Part shown: piece by piece, positions 11,750 to 24,586 of the stretch
How the letters are laid out: the number at the start of each line of letters is the position of its first letter
How positions within the stretch are numbered: position 1 is the stretch's first letter
DNA from: Yuukianura sp. NJ FZ-2021
Lineage: Eukaryota
Assembly (NCBI GenBank): GCA_046563655.1
Contig: CM102284.1
Coordinates: forward strand, 9,114,001-9,178,000
Direction: 5' to 3'
DNA: 64,000 nucleotides
Position numbers and translations under genes: made by a program
Notes under the pieces: generated by a model
Seen by the model: the letters and a program-made list of their open reading frames with translations, nothing else
What the model was told of the DNA's origin: nothing
Databases searched by the model: none

Positions 11750-13386
11750 CTTCCTTGAGGAATCTCATGAGAGATGAACCACTTGTTGGATTCAGGATCT
11801 TCCCACTTGACCGTTGACTGTCGTTGTACTATCTGTGATCGTCTGATCCCCCTGCTGTTCTAACGTACCACTGAATTAATCTTGCAGTAATCAGCTGACC
11901 AGTAAATTCTCTCTTCAGATCTAATTCTTTGGTCCTGCTGGTTTGGTTACATGGAGCTTGACCTTTCTATTGTTATCTGGACGAGGATGGCTACCAGACA
12001 CATTGAAATCTGTACAAAAACCAAAACAAAAATAGACAACGGTTGAATCCCAAAATTCATCTACAGAATTAGTTAAGATAATTTTCATAAAATTGTTAAC
12101 TAACTTACCAGTGGTAAGTTACCACCGAACACGATTAAGGTTATTGCGAATCAACTGGACGATGGACGAACGAATTAATCCTCCCAGCCTCAATCCACGT
12201 CCTGGAATAAGGAAAAGTTTCAATTTTTTGTTGACTATTTTTCTGGTTATCGTGGAACACTTCCACTTTATAGACTAAAGTGGAAATTTTAACAGTAAAA
12301 GCTGCTTTACCGGGCTTGAGCTGAACATGAACTTGTGGAGGATGACTAATCAACAACCTCATGAAAATTAACAAGGACAGTCCATCCGTATAAACCCACA
12401 CCACGGACACTGGTTCAACAACAAGGTTATGTTATCAAACGCCCAGTTCAACAACTGCAGTTTATAATAATATAAAATTAATCATTTTATGTTACCCGAA
12501 TAACTAAAACTTACCATTAATCAACCCCCCAGTAAGTTAAGGAGCTTTGATTGATTAACCGATTAACGTCCACTTTAAATTCTTTTTGCCGTGTTTTGTT
12601 GCCAGTCAACTGCAAAACTGAGGGAAAAAGGGTATGAAAAATAAGAATTTTTTTCAAGCGGTGAAAATATTTGACATTTTTTTGGTTTCAAAAATTTAAT
12701 TTGAAAAGTTAAAATGTTAAATTATTAGCTATACGCTTTATGCAATTTTTACGTTCGTAATCAATGTAATCCGCGGTTTGCAAAAAAATGTTTTTTTGGC
12801 AATGCTTGTGGTGAATGCTAAACACTTCTCATAACTTTTGATATGAAAAGAAGAGCTGCAATGTAATGTAACATGAATATTGAGCAGGAAAAGAAAAATT
12901 CCCAACAACAAATTAATTTGCAATGCAATCTTACAACTTGCAAAATTTGCAAACGTTACAGCTCATAAGCTTAACATTTTGCAGTTTGCCTTGGACACTT
13001 TTGTTATTGTGACGCTTCACTTGTAGCGTGCGTTATTCACAGACTCTTTGAATTATGATTGGCGACGACAAAATTGCAAACTTCAAGTGACTCTGCACTC
13101 TTTATCGGCATTATTTGCACGACCGAAAGTTTGCAGCGCAATTTCCAAACAAAAACCAAGTTTGGACCAAATCGCAAACAAAATTTTGTTTGCAATGAGC
13201 AAACTCCTGAATAAATTCTGAAAAGAAATCACAGAAAAGTATGAAAAGTAGAACGCAAGTAAGCGAAAGAAGAGCACAGTCGATCCTAAACTTCCTGTTT
13301 TTCAAAGTTCCAGTTTCTTTTGGTCAATTTTATTCTTAGATTGATTTAATATCACAATGAATTAAAAAATTATCACAAATATTGAC

Positions 13387-16300
13387 TCAAGTCTCTTGAG
13401 ACGACGACGGTCTAAATGCAGTCAGTGTCGACGAAAACGTCAAGCGTCCAGATCTCTTACTAAAAAGAAGCGACACTGGACGATGCGAAAGATGAAACGA
13501 TCTACGACGCTTCCTTTTCATTTTGGCAGTCTAAATTTAGCAATGAAAAATAAAAATTCATGTATCTGTATTAATTTTTCCAAAATTTTCTTTAAAATTT
13601 CAAAATTCACACGTTTAGGTAACAACTTTATAAAACACAGGACAATTTAGGATTGAAGCTTAGGTTCTGAAGCATTTTAGAGTAAAATTAAGCAAAAAGG
13701 AATGTGTTTGAGGTAAAAAAGCAAAGATGTTTGCAGAAAACGTTCAGTTTTATACGTCTTCTGCAGGAGTAACGACAGGAGTGCGCTTAGGATTTGGAAT
13801 TCGACACTTCTGGAAGCAAAAAAGGAAGCATTTTTGACGTATTTGAGGCGATTTAAAGCAATTTTTGGTAGAACTGATTTTTGTTGTCTTTACCCGCTTC
13901 ATTTTCCTCCAAATCTTTTGTAAGGTCGGTTGACTATTGATCAATGCTCTTCCGACGAAGTCTGGCCACAGTGCCAACGCGGTGACGCAGATAAGGATAA
14001 GCCAAAAGTTGACGTAACCTGTGACCTTAAAAAACGTTCCAAAGAAATCGCCGGCATTCAGAGCAGGATAGATCACTCTCCTGTTCAGAATCACAAAAAA
14101 AGTCAAAGGTTAAACAACTTAACCTAACTTTTCAGTTAAAACTTTCCAGTTTAACTCAAAGTTAAAATAAAGTCACGTACAGGTCAACTTCAGTGAAAAT
14201 TCCAGTGAAGAAAATGAGTGTCACGAGCGTGTATCCAAACGAGAACACGGTCCACCCGCTCACAAATTTGATAAACTCGAAAATCTGAAATCAAGTCACA
14301 ATTTTTTCAAAATTCACCAAAATTTTGGCCATTTTGGAAATTTGTATGAGAAGCAGTGCGCATACCTTGACATGAGTGACCATGAGGATGCAGCAGAAGA
14401 TGAGAGTGCCAAAAGACGCCAGATCATTGACCTCCGGATGGAGTTGAGTCCAAGTGTTTCTTGCTATGTAGTAGATGACAGTGGCGTGGTACACCGCCAG
14501 AATATGCCAAATTATAAAATTCTTCCACGTTAATATACTATTTCTTGTCAGTTCTTTGTACAGATGAGGTTGAGAGAGCAGAGTTTGAGCCGGGTAAGGT
14601 TGTTCCTGAAGGCCATAAGTGAAAATCGGACAGGCAGAGAAGAACAGGTTGTACATCGTCAGGAAAAAGCCGCTATACAGAGTCTGTAACAATCAAAAAC
14701 AAGATCATTGTTACACATTCCGAGTTACATAAATTGGCAAACTATTTTGAAAGTTTTTACTTGTCCTGAGAATCCCGAATCGATGCAGTAGTAGAGTTGA
14801 GGAATGATGAAGACCAAGTTTTTGTAGAAAAAGTACATTCCGAGTTTAGCTATTCGCACGTAGTACCAATTCCCATGTACTAAAATCGCTTTTCGTAAAA
14901 AACAGAATCTTGCTAACGCAAAATCCGAACACCGTGCTGCTTGTCTCCCTTCTTTTCCCATGATTCCTACAAAAAAAAATCACAGTTCAACAGCATTTTT
15001 TCAAAAAGTTTCAAATTTAGAAAAGATGTTGATTTTTACCAATTCCGATATGAGCTTCCTGGATCATGGCGACATCGTTGGCTCCATCTCCCACCGCCGC
15101 AGTTATTGGCTTATTCGGACTTGATTTTACCATACTCACGACCTGTATAGACATAGTTTTCGAAATTTTGACAAAATTTTGGAAAAAAAAAAATTTCAAA
15201 ATGTCACAAAATTTTTTGTTACTTGACTCTTGGCCTTCGGTGACATTCTACAAGCAACGACTCTGTAAGCTCCCATAGCCACTTCCCGCACAAGTTCTGG
15301 ACAGTATTTCAGTCCCAGCGACAGCGTCTGCCCGTCGATGATCAGCGTCGTGTTGTCACCAGCTTCAACCTTGTAGCTAACCAAAAATTTCAAAACTGAT
15401 TCATTAAAAAAAAGTTTAAAAAAAATTTAGAATTTGAAAATTTGGTACCTCAGATCTCTAAAATTTGCAACGGCGCTTTGTGGCGTCGTGTTTCCAGTGG
15501 CAAACAATTGTGTTGTTCCAGGAGTCACAAGTCCACAAGAAATGCCAACATTAACGGCCGTCTCCACCTTGTCTCCAGTGATCATCCACACACGAATTCC
15601 AGCAGCTGAAAGTGCCTGGAGAGTTTCTGGAACTCCATCTTGTAACTGATCTTCAACTCCAGTGGCTCCAAGTACAGTTAGATTTCGCTCCATGGAGGCG
15701 TAGATTTCACGCATTCGCTCCTCACGATTTTTCAAAAGACGCCGAGCTTTCTTCACTTTCCGAGAAAAATCTTCGAATTCCGCCGGAGTCAGTTTTCGTT
15801 GAGCGACGGCCAGCGTCCGCATGCCCATCTAAACAAAAACCAAACGTGAAAAACACTGGAATTCGACATTTTTTGATAAAATTTTTAAAAATTGTTTCTA
15901 ACCAAAGCAAAATCGACGATGTGTTTCAAAGTTGCTTTCATTGGACCAGAATCTGACTTGCTCATGATGCTAGTTTCTGCGCCTTTGGACAGAAGCCACA
16001 TCTCACCTTTACTATCTTCTACGATGACAGACATGCATTTTCGATCTAAAGAATTTCAAAAAACACAAAATAAAAATTACAACTTCCAAAAATTTGAAAC
16101 AAATGACCTTTGACCCTAACCTGCGTCAAATTCCAGGACGTAGTGCCGCTTATAAGTTTCAATTTTCCCGAAAACCTCAAGCGTGAGAACATTCTCCTTT
16201 TCACCCATGTAAACCACACCCAGTCTGAAAAAAAAATTCAAAATTTTGATTTAATTTTCAAAAAACATCGAAAAACTTTATTTCTTTGTACCTGCAACAA

Positions 16301-19300
16301 GCTTCCAGAAGAGCTTTTTCGTCCGGACTGCTTGCCTGGAATTCCCAATTGGCCAAAATTCCTGGAAAAACGAACATAAAAGTACATTGCAATAGTTTCA
16401 CTTTTTTTTAACTTTTTTAAAAACTTTGTCCCAAACCTGGAATCGAATGACCTTGTTCCGGTTCGAGCGTAAAAAGAGACGAAGCACCCCTCATCTTGGC
16501 CGTTACTTTTTGTTTTGTAAATGAGAATCCACCACTGGTGACATCGAAACTCGGCCGACGATGAGGCATGAGTTGGACTGTGTGACAGAGAGCCAGTGTG
16601 CGGAAGAATTTGGTCAACTCCGGAGAGTGTGCTGGTTCCACGAGGTCATTGACTCCAAATTCGTTGTCAACTAAATACAACTGATCATCTTCTTTCATGT
16701 CAAAACGCTGTTCAGCTACTGAGCAGAACCGAAACTGCATCACATTCTGGGTTAGAGTCCCTGTTTTGTCAGAAAACAGGTACTCAATTTGACCCAGCTC
16801 TTCGTTGAGATCTGAAGTGTTGCACAGAGGGAGTTGACCTGTCGTGGGACAGCGCATGTCAAGGTCATACACGAAGAACTTGGATCCAAAGAATTTCTGC
16901 AACTCTGCAACATAATACACGAAAATGAAATTCTCACATTACCCCAATTCAAATTCATCCTTTTTAGATACTCACCCATTGTAACATAAAGTGAAATTGG
17001 AATTATATAGTTGAATAAAACCAAAAACGATGCTAATGTATTGATGACGTAACCTTTCGTGACCTCATGTTGGGGAATATACCATGCATTCTCTAAAAAA
17101 AAACAACAAAAGTTTAGTACAATTTTCATTACTTCAAAAAAAGTTGACTTTTTTCAAAATTACTAAACGTGTCCCACTGCCTTATAACGAAATGAAGCGC
17201 AGTGCAAAAAACGACAAGAATCACAAGGAGGATGATAAAAAGACTCAAAAAGGCGTTCACAGATCTGAAAATTTAAAAAAATCATCAAAAAACACTTCTA
17301 AAAAAAGTTTAGAGAAAGTAAAATTCTGGTCGCCGTAAGGACTAACGACCTCCATTGTAGCCGCAATGTGATACTCCGCCATTATAATGGGTGGCTACAC
17401 CTGACTCACCTGAGTGGCAACTTAAGCAACCACTGACCTAACTAAACTGGCAACGTAGGAGGCTGCACAATGTGGAAACCCAGCGTAGCCACTAAAAATG
17501 GCGAAGTGGCAACACTGTGTGGCTACAACGATGATCGTTAAACCTTACCGCAACAGAAATTCTTGAAAAAATGTTCGTTTTAGAAGCGTACTTTTCAACA
17601 GTTGAGAATTTTGTGTTTGTAACTCTGGAATTCAGCGCAAGTCGAGTGTCACGTCCAGTAAAAACGACCAGTCCGTAGATAAAATCCGTATTTTTGACAC
17701 GCGTTCCTCTGAGGGCAATGTTTTCCATTGAAATGGGAATTTGTAGAAAGTTGGACTCTGGTAACTGCTGAGAAAAGTCCAGCGTACTCCGACTTTTGAC
17801 CGGCGGTGACCCAAATGGTGATGGGGCTTCGGAAGTTGCAGATTTTGAACTTGTACGAGAGTGCTTGTCAATGGCGACACTGAGGGGACTGGACGAACTG
17901 GCGACGACATTGGCAGTATTCTTGGCGACCTTTGGCCTTACACTGCCCGACGGTCCGGTTGAATTGCGTTGCTGAGTGTCTTTGGGTATCATGGAATGTG
18001 CTGAGTGGCTGTAAATAGTTGCTGGTGGAATTCGGCTCATGGGGATCAAAATGGAGCCGGTGAAGTCGTACAGGTCGGGTGACGGTTGGTCACATTCGAT
18101 AACTGCATGAAGGTCAAGGAAGTCTTCGTCTGTCTTCAGAAGTGGGAGGCCACCAGGACAGTATCGAATCTGAAATTGGTAACCAAAACTTTCAAATTCG
18201 GTTTTTCAAAATTTTGAATTTTTCAAAATTCTGAGTTTTTCCAAATTCTACTTTGAGGTTTGTCTCTCCATCTAAGTTTGCTGTGCTGATTTGGCATCGC
18301 AGAAATTCGTCGCTGGATCCGACAACTAAAATGTCGGCAGGTACTTGTTCTTCTCCTTCCAGTTTCACGATGTCTCCGACTAATAACTCTTTTGCCTTCA
18401 CAACCTAGACAAATTGGATCAATTGATTAACGTAAATGTTGAAATTAAGCTACCGATTATGCAAAATGTGTCAGAGGTTACCACTAAAGTTCCATTTCGG
18501 ACAACATTGACTGTCCGATTGTTGACAAGGTTGTCAGCACAGTGACGAAGATAGTCTTCGTAACCTTGTTTCATGGCGGTCACCATCAGCACAAAAAAGA
18601 GCGGTGAAGCAGTAGTTACTGGAAAAGCAAAACGAATTTCGGTTTAGCACGTTCTAAAAACGTCGACATTTCGTATTTCCTACCGGGGCTAACTGGACTG
18701 TCAGTAAAAGTCTACAAACCAAAAATCAAACATTACATTTTCAGAAATTTTGATCCAGTTTCCAGAAATGTTTCACTAAATTCTCGGAAAATTTTTCAAA
18801 ATTTTACCTGAATAAAGCACATAAAAACAAAATAAAAGTTGACGACGCGTCGTAGCTGTTCTAGTAGATTTTTGAAAATAAAGTTGTACCAAGTGTACTG
18901 CAGGAATCAGAGAAATCATAAATTATGAAATTGGAAATTTTGAAAAGCTAAAAACTTACCCTGGAAGACACGATTTTGTTAGACGGAAAATTGTCATTTG
19001 TTCCAAGTTTTGGAGGGAGGTCAGGCCGTGTCTTGCCTGCTCCAATACTATTTCTTCTCTTAGCAGTTGAATTTTGAACAGCATGTCCCGGAAGTGGAGC
19101 CATTTTGGACAAGTCCATGTCCGTGTCAGTACTTCCTTCTTCTTCCGTTTCAGCTCCAGTATCCTCTCGACGTCTCCCTTCATCCTCTTCGATTTCCGGT
19201 ACTTCGCCTATGTAGATACGTCGATGGTGACACTCCTTCAACTCCTTCCGCCGGCGCCAAAAATCACGTTGGAAGACATTCCAAATCTGTTCAAAACCAA

Positions 19301-19375
19301 AAGTAATCATCAAAATTTGGAACCAAATCATACTTAATTTCAAAATCAGCAATTCAAAATTGTTTTCCTTACCAT
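13387..19375 (-). CDS. ATP11: P4-type ATPase phospholipid flippase, ATP11 class
   Basis: ATG is the last codon of an exon (19375-19373, preceded by in-frame TAG) and splices to [14 protein letters not shown]. Motifs: [73 protein letters not shown] (phospho-Asp), [59 protein letters not shown]. The last exon (13530-13387) is tentative; the alternative stop is at 13750. Confidence 0.92.
17326..17555. mobile_element. Fold-back MITE-like insertion with about 70-bp imperfect TIRs in an ATP11 intron
   Basis: Left CTGGTCGCCGTAAGGACTAACGA..TTGTAGCC..CGCCATT..GTGGCTAC matches the reverse complement of the right end (CTGTTGCGGTAAGGTTTAACGA..TTGTAGCC..CGCCATT..GTGGCTAC); AAATT flanks both sides (17321-17325, 17556-17560); host intron 17265-17591 is much longer than its neighbours. 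Confidence 0.7.
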
Positions 19376-22161
19376 CTAGAATGCCTGGAAAAGGAGTCCC
19401 AAGGTCAACTCCAAACGTAATTGTTCTACAACACGGCCCCGCGCTTTTCCACGTTGACACTCCTCATCTGCTTGGTCCAGTTGACACCTCGCGAACCTGT
19501 TGGGATAATATCAACTTTAACTCAAGTTAATTGACACTTACATCCTCAAACTCTAGTTAATCACTAAACACAGATAAGAATGTTCACACGTTGGACCACA
19601 CTTCATGTACTCATCGTCAGTACTTTACATTCAAAATCACACTTCAGATTAAACTTTGACTTTTCAAACAAACAAGAATCGCAGAGTTACGCCCATTCCA
19701 TCATCCATCTTTCTGGAAAGTGGAAATGATATAAGCGACAATAGGATTTAGACTTTTAGCACTTGAAAGACAAATAGACTTAAAAAAGACTAACAACTGA
19801 ATAGTCTATGGCTATTCCTGTATCCTGAGTAATTTTAGCAACTATTTAGTATTCGCATTTTCTATTTGCATCAACAGTCAATGGTTTTTAGCTTCGTGAA
19901 AAGTAAATAGTGAGTCACTATCAGACAAAACAGAGAAGATAATTCCATTGAAGAAATCCAACATGTCGTTATTGTCTCCTTAAAAACGACAAAAAAAAAC
20001 GATTAAACCATTGAATTCCTCAATGGCTACCCAGCATTTCCTTGTTTTTAAAGCATCATTAATCACAGTAATTACGTTCAGACTTGATTCTCGTCACCTC
20101 TCTTCCAATGCTAATAGTATTTACGATGATGGCTAATGTCAGTAGTAACAGTTTATGTTATGTCCTTATGTCCTTGCCGTTTCGCTTCAATGCTCCTTTG
20201 AAAGTTGAATCTGCTATGGAATTCTGTCGAGTATCTCTGAAAAGGTGACCTGAGAAGTCCTCTGGTAATTGTCTTGACACTGGATAACTTCAATTAATCC
20301 TTCAGTTGATCAATAACCAATTACCAATTGACTGACATTCACTAATGTAAATTTTGACCGGAGATTATACGAGACAAATTACAAAAATGTCAAAAAATAT
20401 TCTGGATGCGCTTGCGCGAGCCCAAAATGTCAACATTGATCACATGTTTCTTTGTTTACACAAACACAAGATTTAAACTTTTGTTGAGATAACAACGAAT
20501 CAACAAATTTTGAAAAACGTTTAGTAAAGTTACTAAAAATTGCACAAGCACCGACAAAAGTGACCGTTGACGACTATAGCTTGACTGATGCTGGAAGACT
20601 TTTAAGAAAACAGGACTTTCCGTGAGTTAATTTGTTGCACAAATGAGTGAATATTGGTTGCGCAAATACTTTTCGCGTGACGATTTTTCTGGAGATGAAC
20701 TTCAAAGATTTTTTCTAAGAACGTTGATCTAATTGGGTAAGAAAAGAGTTTTTGTGGACTTTAATTCTATAAATGGATTTAACAAGAATAGAGACACAAG
20801 TGCCGAAGGGGATAATGTAATTTACGTCTTTTGGAAAAAAATTTAGCCAAGGTCACAACACCCACTGTTGCGGAGAGACAGACATTATGACATGACACCA
20901 CTGGTTGGACATGCTACATGTCTCCAAGGAGTCTTCACACAATTTGACAATGACAGGGCATAAATCGTTTCAAAGTCAAGGTAAAGACCAACACCTCAAA
21001 CTCATGCAAAAACTCTCAAATTTCTACACTCTAAAATGAAAACGTTTGTACCTTTGCAGGTAGCCAATTCAGCAGTACAGTATGCGTACTTGGCAAGTAC
21101 TTGTACATTCAGATTCAGCAGTAGCAGTGTCTACTTGTACAGAACTAGCGAAGGGTACCGAAGTAATCAACTCTCTGACAGTTAAGAACAATGACAACAC
21201 AATTAAGTTGAACTTGGATGCTCCTACTTAACTCAAAATGTCACCGCAAACAATGCAGGGTCTTGTGACGACTAAACACTTCTCTTTTGGCACTTTTGGT
21301 TTCACTTAATGTAACCACAAAAGTGATGCTGTAATACCGGAGATGACGAGTTCTGCTCAAGTTCGGAAGTAGCTTCATCATCGTCATGTTATTGAGTAAG
21401 GATGAATGTTAAATTAGCCTATTAGTTAAGGTTGTACAGTAGAATATTAATTAAGATTCAAGAGAATAGTGGAACAAGGGCTGAATTTATTAATCCCATT
21501 TTCCACTTAAAGGATTTGCAAATTACAAACTGCGTGCTAAAAGTCCTTCCTGCATTTCCAGGAAATTAACACCTTACAAAAGCATGCAGAATTAATTCGA
21601 CTTGGTGACAAAAATTAGAAATTCACTGGAAAGATTTTGCTAAACTTTACACAAAGTTAAGCTGTTCTAAGCAAAAACCGATCGATAATCGGTTCACCCT
21701 AACGCATGTTGGGGTTTACTATGCTGTTCAAATACTTCCAGCGTTATTTCAACTTTGTTAATTACAAAGACCAAGCACTTATGAATGAGCCAATTACTTC
21801 CAACCATGCAATCTACCCGTTAGATTAACTAATTACATAATATGAAACTTTCTCAGAATCAAAATTTCTTCAATAGCAAACACTCTTCTCTTTTTCTTTT
21901 TGACTAAAAACGCTAAGAAAAGTGACGCTATTTTGCAAAATTTTAAAAAAGTGATTTGATCATAACGAGCTACGGTTACTGAGACGCGATGAAGATGCAG
22001 GGAAAGCTGAAAGTGAAAGTGATCTTCCCTCGCATCGATTTTACTTTCACATCTTTCATCCTCCTGTTTCTGGAAGTGAAACCTACTATAGCGTTAGATC
22101 TTTTACTAAAAAACTAAAAATTTTTGTTAAGTTATGTTTACAATAGTGTCTTAGTATTCAT

Positions 22162-24083
22162 ATGGGTAGCTGGAGTTGGACGGACACTATGAAGTTGATT
22201 CCAGTATTTCTCATACTACTATTTTTTACCGGAGTTCTACTGATTGTTTACATGTCTATTACTACTTTTAGTCGTCGCATGGAAAACAACAGTTTGTTTG
22301 GATCATCTGATGGGGACTGTGGATCTTCTGGATGTGACATTCCCTTTAATCTACGCAAACTAATTAATCCGCAAGTAATTGCTGCTGGCACCGGAGACGA
22401 GATTTGGGTTAACCATGGATTCAGATCTGTGGATGAACTGGCTCTGTACGGTGAAGATCTGCTAAGAGAAGCTGAGAGACTCAAGATGGTCGTAGGAGGG
22501 AAGTTAAGGCGACATGTCATGGCCGGGTCAAAGGTCGCCGGTGAGCAATCAAAAATTTACTAAACAAACTTTACCAATCCTAGTAAAATGCTTAACTTTA
22601 AAAAAAATTGTTTCAATTCCTGTGTCGCAGGTCACTTAAATCACTACGGCGTCAACTTCACGCATTTACGCAAGAGGTCAAAGCCCAACCGAGACAAAAT
22701 GTTATGCCGAATTAAGCGGATCAACTTTGACATCTTGAGTGCTCGGAGCAGTTCGGTTTTTACCGGAAAGCCGTTTCCCGCAGAACCGCTTTTTAGTGAC
22801 TTCCTGTTTGCTAGAGACAACGGATCTCCGTTAATGGAAAAAGAGTTGCATGTTTCAGACGATATCGGTTCGGGCAGAGCAGGAGACGAACCGCTCTACA
22901 AGACATGTGCTGTCGTTCCTAACTCGGCAGCACTCGACGGAGCTCAGCATGGACTTGATATTGGTAAGATCTTTAAAACGTTCGAAAAACGTTGAACTTG
23001 CAAAAAAACGAATTTCTAACGTTTTGTCGAAAAATGTTCGTTTTCCTTTCAGATTCACATGATTTTATACTGCGTTTCAACGATGCTCCGACGAAAGGGT
23101 TTGAAGAAGACGTTGGATCTTTAACGTCCATGAGAATTATCAATTCAAAAGTATTTACTAAAAGACAGTTCCAGTTTCCAAGCTCATCGTACTTCCAGCA
23201 CCAACAACAGTCGCTGCTCAACCTGACTTCAAAATTTCAAAATTTGAGTGACTCGGACACTTTAGCTTCAAAAAACGAAAATTCCTTGGAGGATTTGGAT
23301 AATCTGTGGTCTTCTACCAGAAAATACCTAATCTGGGATCCCTGTAATTTTTCATCTTCAGTAGAACAGGTAAAGTATTTTAGTCTAAACACTTTGTATT
23401 GCTTAAAGTAATTGATTGTCTTAATTAATCGATTGATGTTTCTCCGCAGTGGTACAAACAGCCTGATTATCCGCTATTTGAAAAGTACTTTGAATTAATC
23501 AGCGATACCAAGAAATTCGGACATGACAAGTACTACATCCTCAACTGCCGAGTACTCTGGAAGTTATGGGAACTCCTTCATGAGTTTACGTTTACTAAAA
23601 TTTATGGAAACCCTCCCACCTCTGGATTCATCGGTAAGGTCAAGGACATGACAGCAATTTGCAATTAACGAAACGAACTTGACTTTACGCGCCAAAAGCT
23701 AAAAGCTTTGAAAATGGCAGCCTATAAATTGAAATGATCAGATTACCATGCGTCTAAAGGGCAACCAGCAAGGCGAGAGATTGAGATTGTTGCTTATTCT
23801 GAGGCTTGCTAAATTGCTAAATTTTGTACTTTCAGGTATAATTTTGGCAATGCAAAACTGTGAGAAGGTGAATGTGTACGAGTACATTCCGTCAACCCGG
23901 GAGTCTTCAAGGTGTCACTACTATGGACCCAAGAACGAATCCAATCCGTCATGTACCTACGGCTCTTGGCATCCAGCTTCTGCCGAGAAATTGTTCTTCC
24001 TCAATATCGCCAATGGTTCTGATAAACAAATTTACATGGATGGACTCCTCACGCTTCCTGGTGTGTCAAAGGTCAAATGCTAA
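22162..24083 (+). CDS. ST6Gal: Beta-galactoside alpha-2,6-sialyltransferase-like (GT29, ST6Gal/SiaT type)
   Basis: Exons 22162-22540, 22631-22963, 23053-23369, 23450-23633, 23836-24083. N-terminal type II TM; sialylmotif L ([41 protein letters not shown]), IWDP, motif S (NPPTSGFIGIILAMQNCEKVNVYEY), motif III (CHYY), VS (HPASAEK). Confidence 0.9.
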
Positions 24084-24586
24084 CCACTCCAATTTTTAGA
24101 GCGTCTAAACGTCCAAGCTCAGCTAATAACTTTCTAAATTATTCTAAGATTCTTTTAAGTATAAATACTCCGTTATTTCTGGAGTGTCAAATAATTGTTA
24201 TTATCCTACTTTTCTGAAATGTCGTGCCACGTTTTCTGGAATGTCAAAGGTCAAATGCTACTCAAATTTTTGAATCCTAACTTACACTTTTTAAAAGTTG
24301 CCCACGTCTGTGACATGTTTTGAGATTACGGGATGCGCACAGCTAAAAGTGTAAAATTTAGAACGACCGAACAAATTTCAAAACGCAAAAATAAAAACTA
24401 AACTAAGCAATTCAATTACTAATCGAAGGTGAATCAGTAAATCAGTGGCAGTGCTTACTTTGCTTGGGTGAGGATTTTCTTCACACTTCGATTGGTGACA
24501 CAACAGGTCGGTCGGTAACACACATTTGTAACTTAATTTCAGTTTTCTAACTTCTACTTTTTGATTTTAAAACAGCATAAAATATA

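Noticed and set aside
17171-17190. Possible second GC donor (ATAAG|GCAGT) in ATP11
   Set aside because: The frame continues (VIRQWDTF) to a canonical GT donor near 17163 that joins the next exon in phase.
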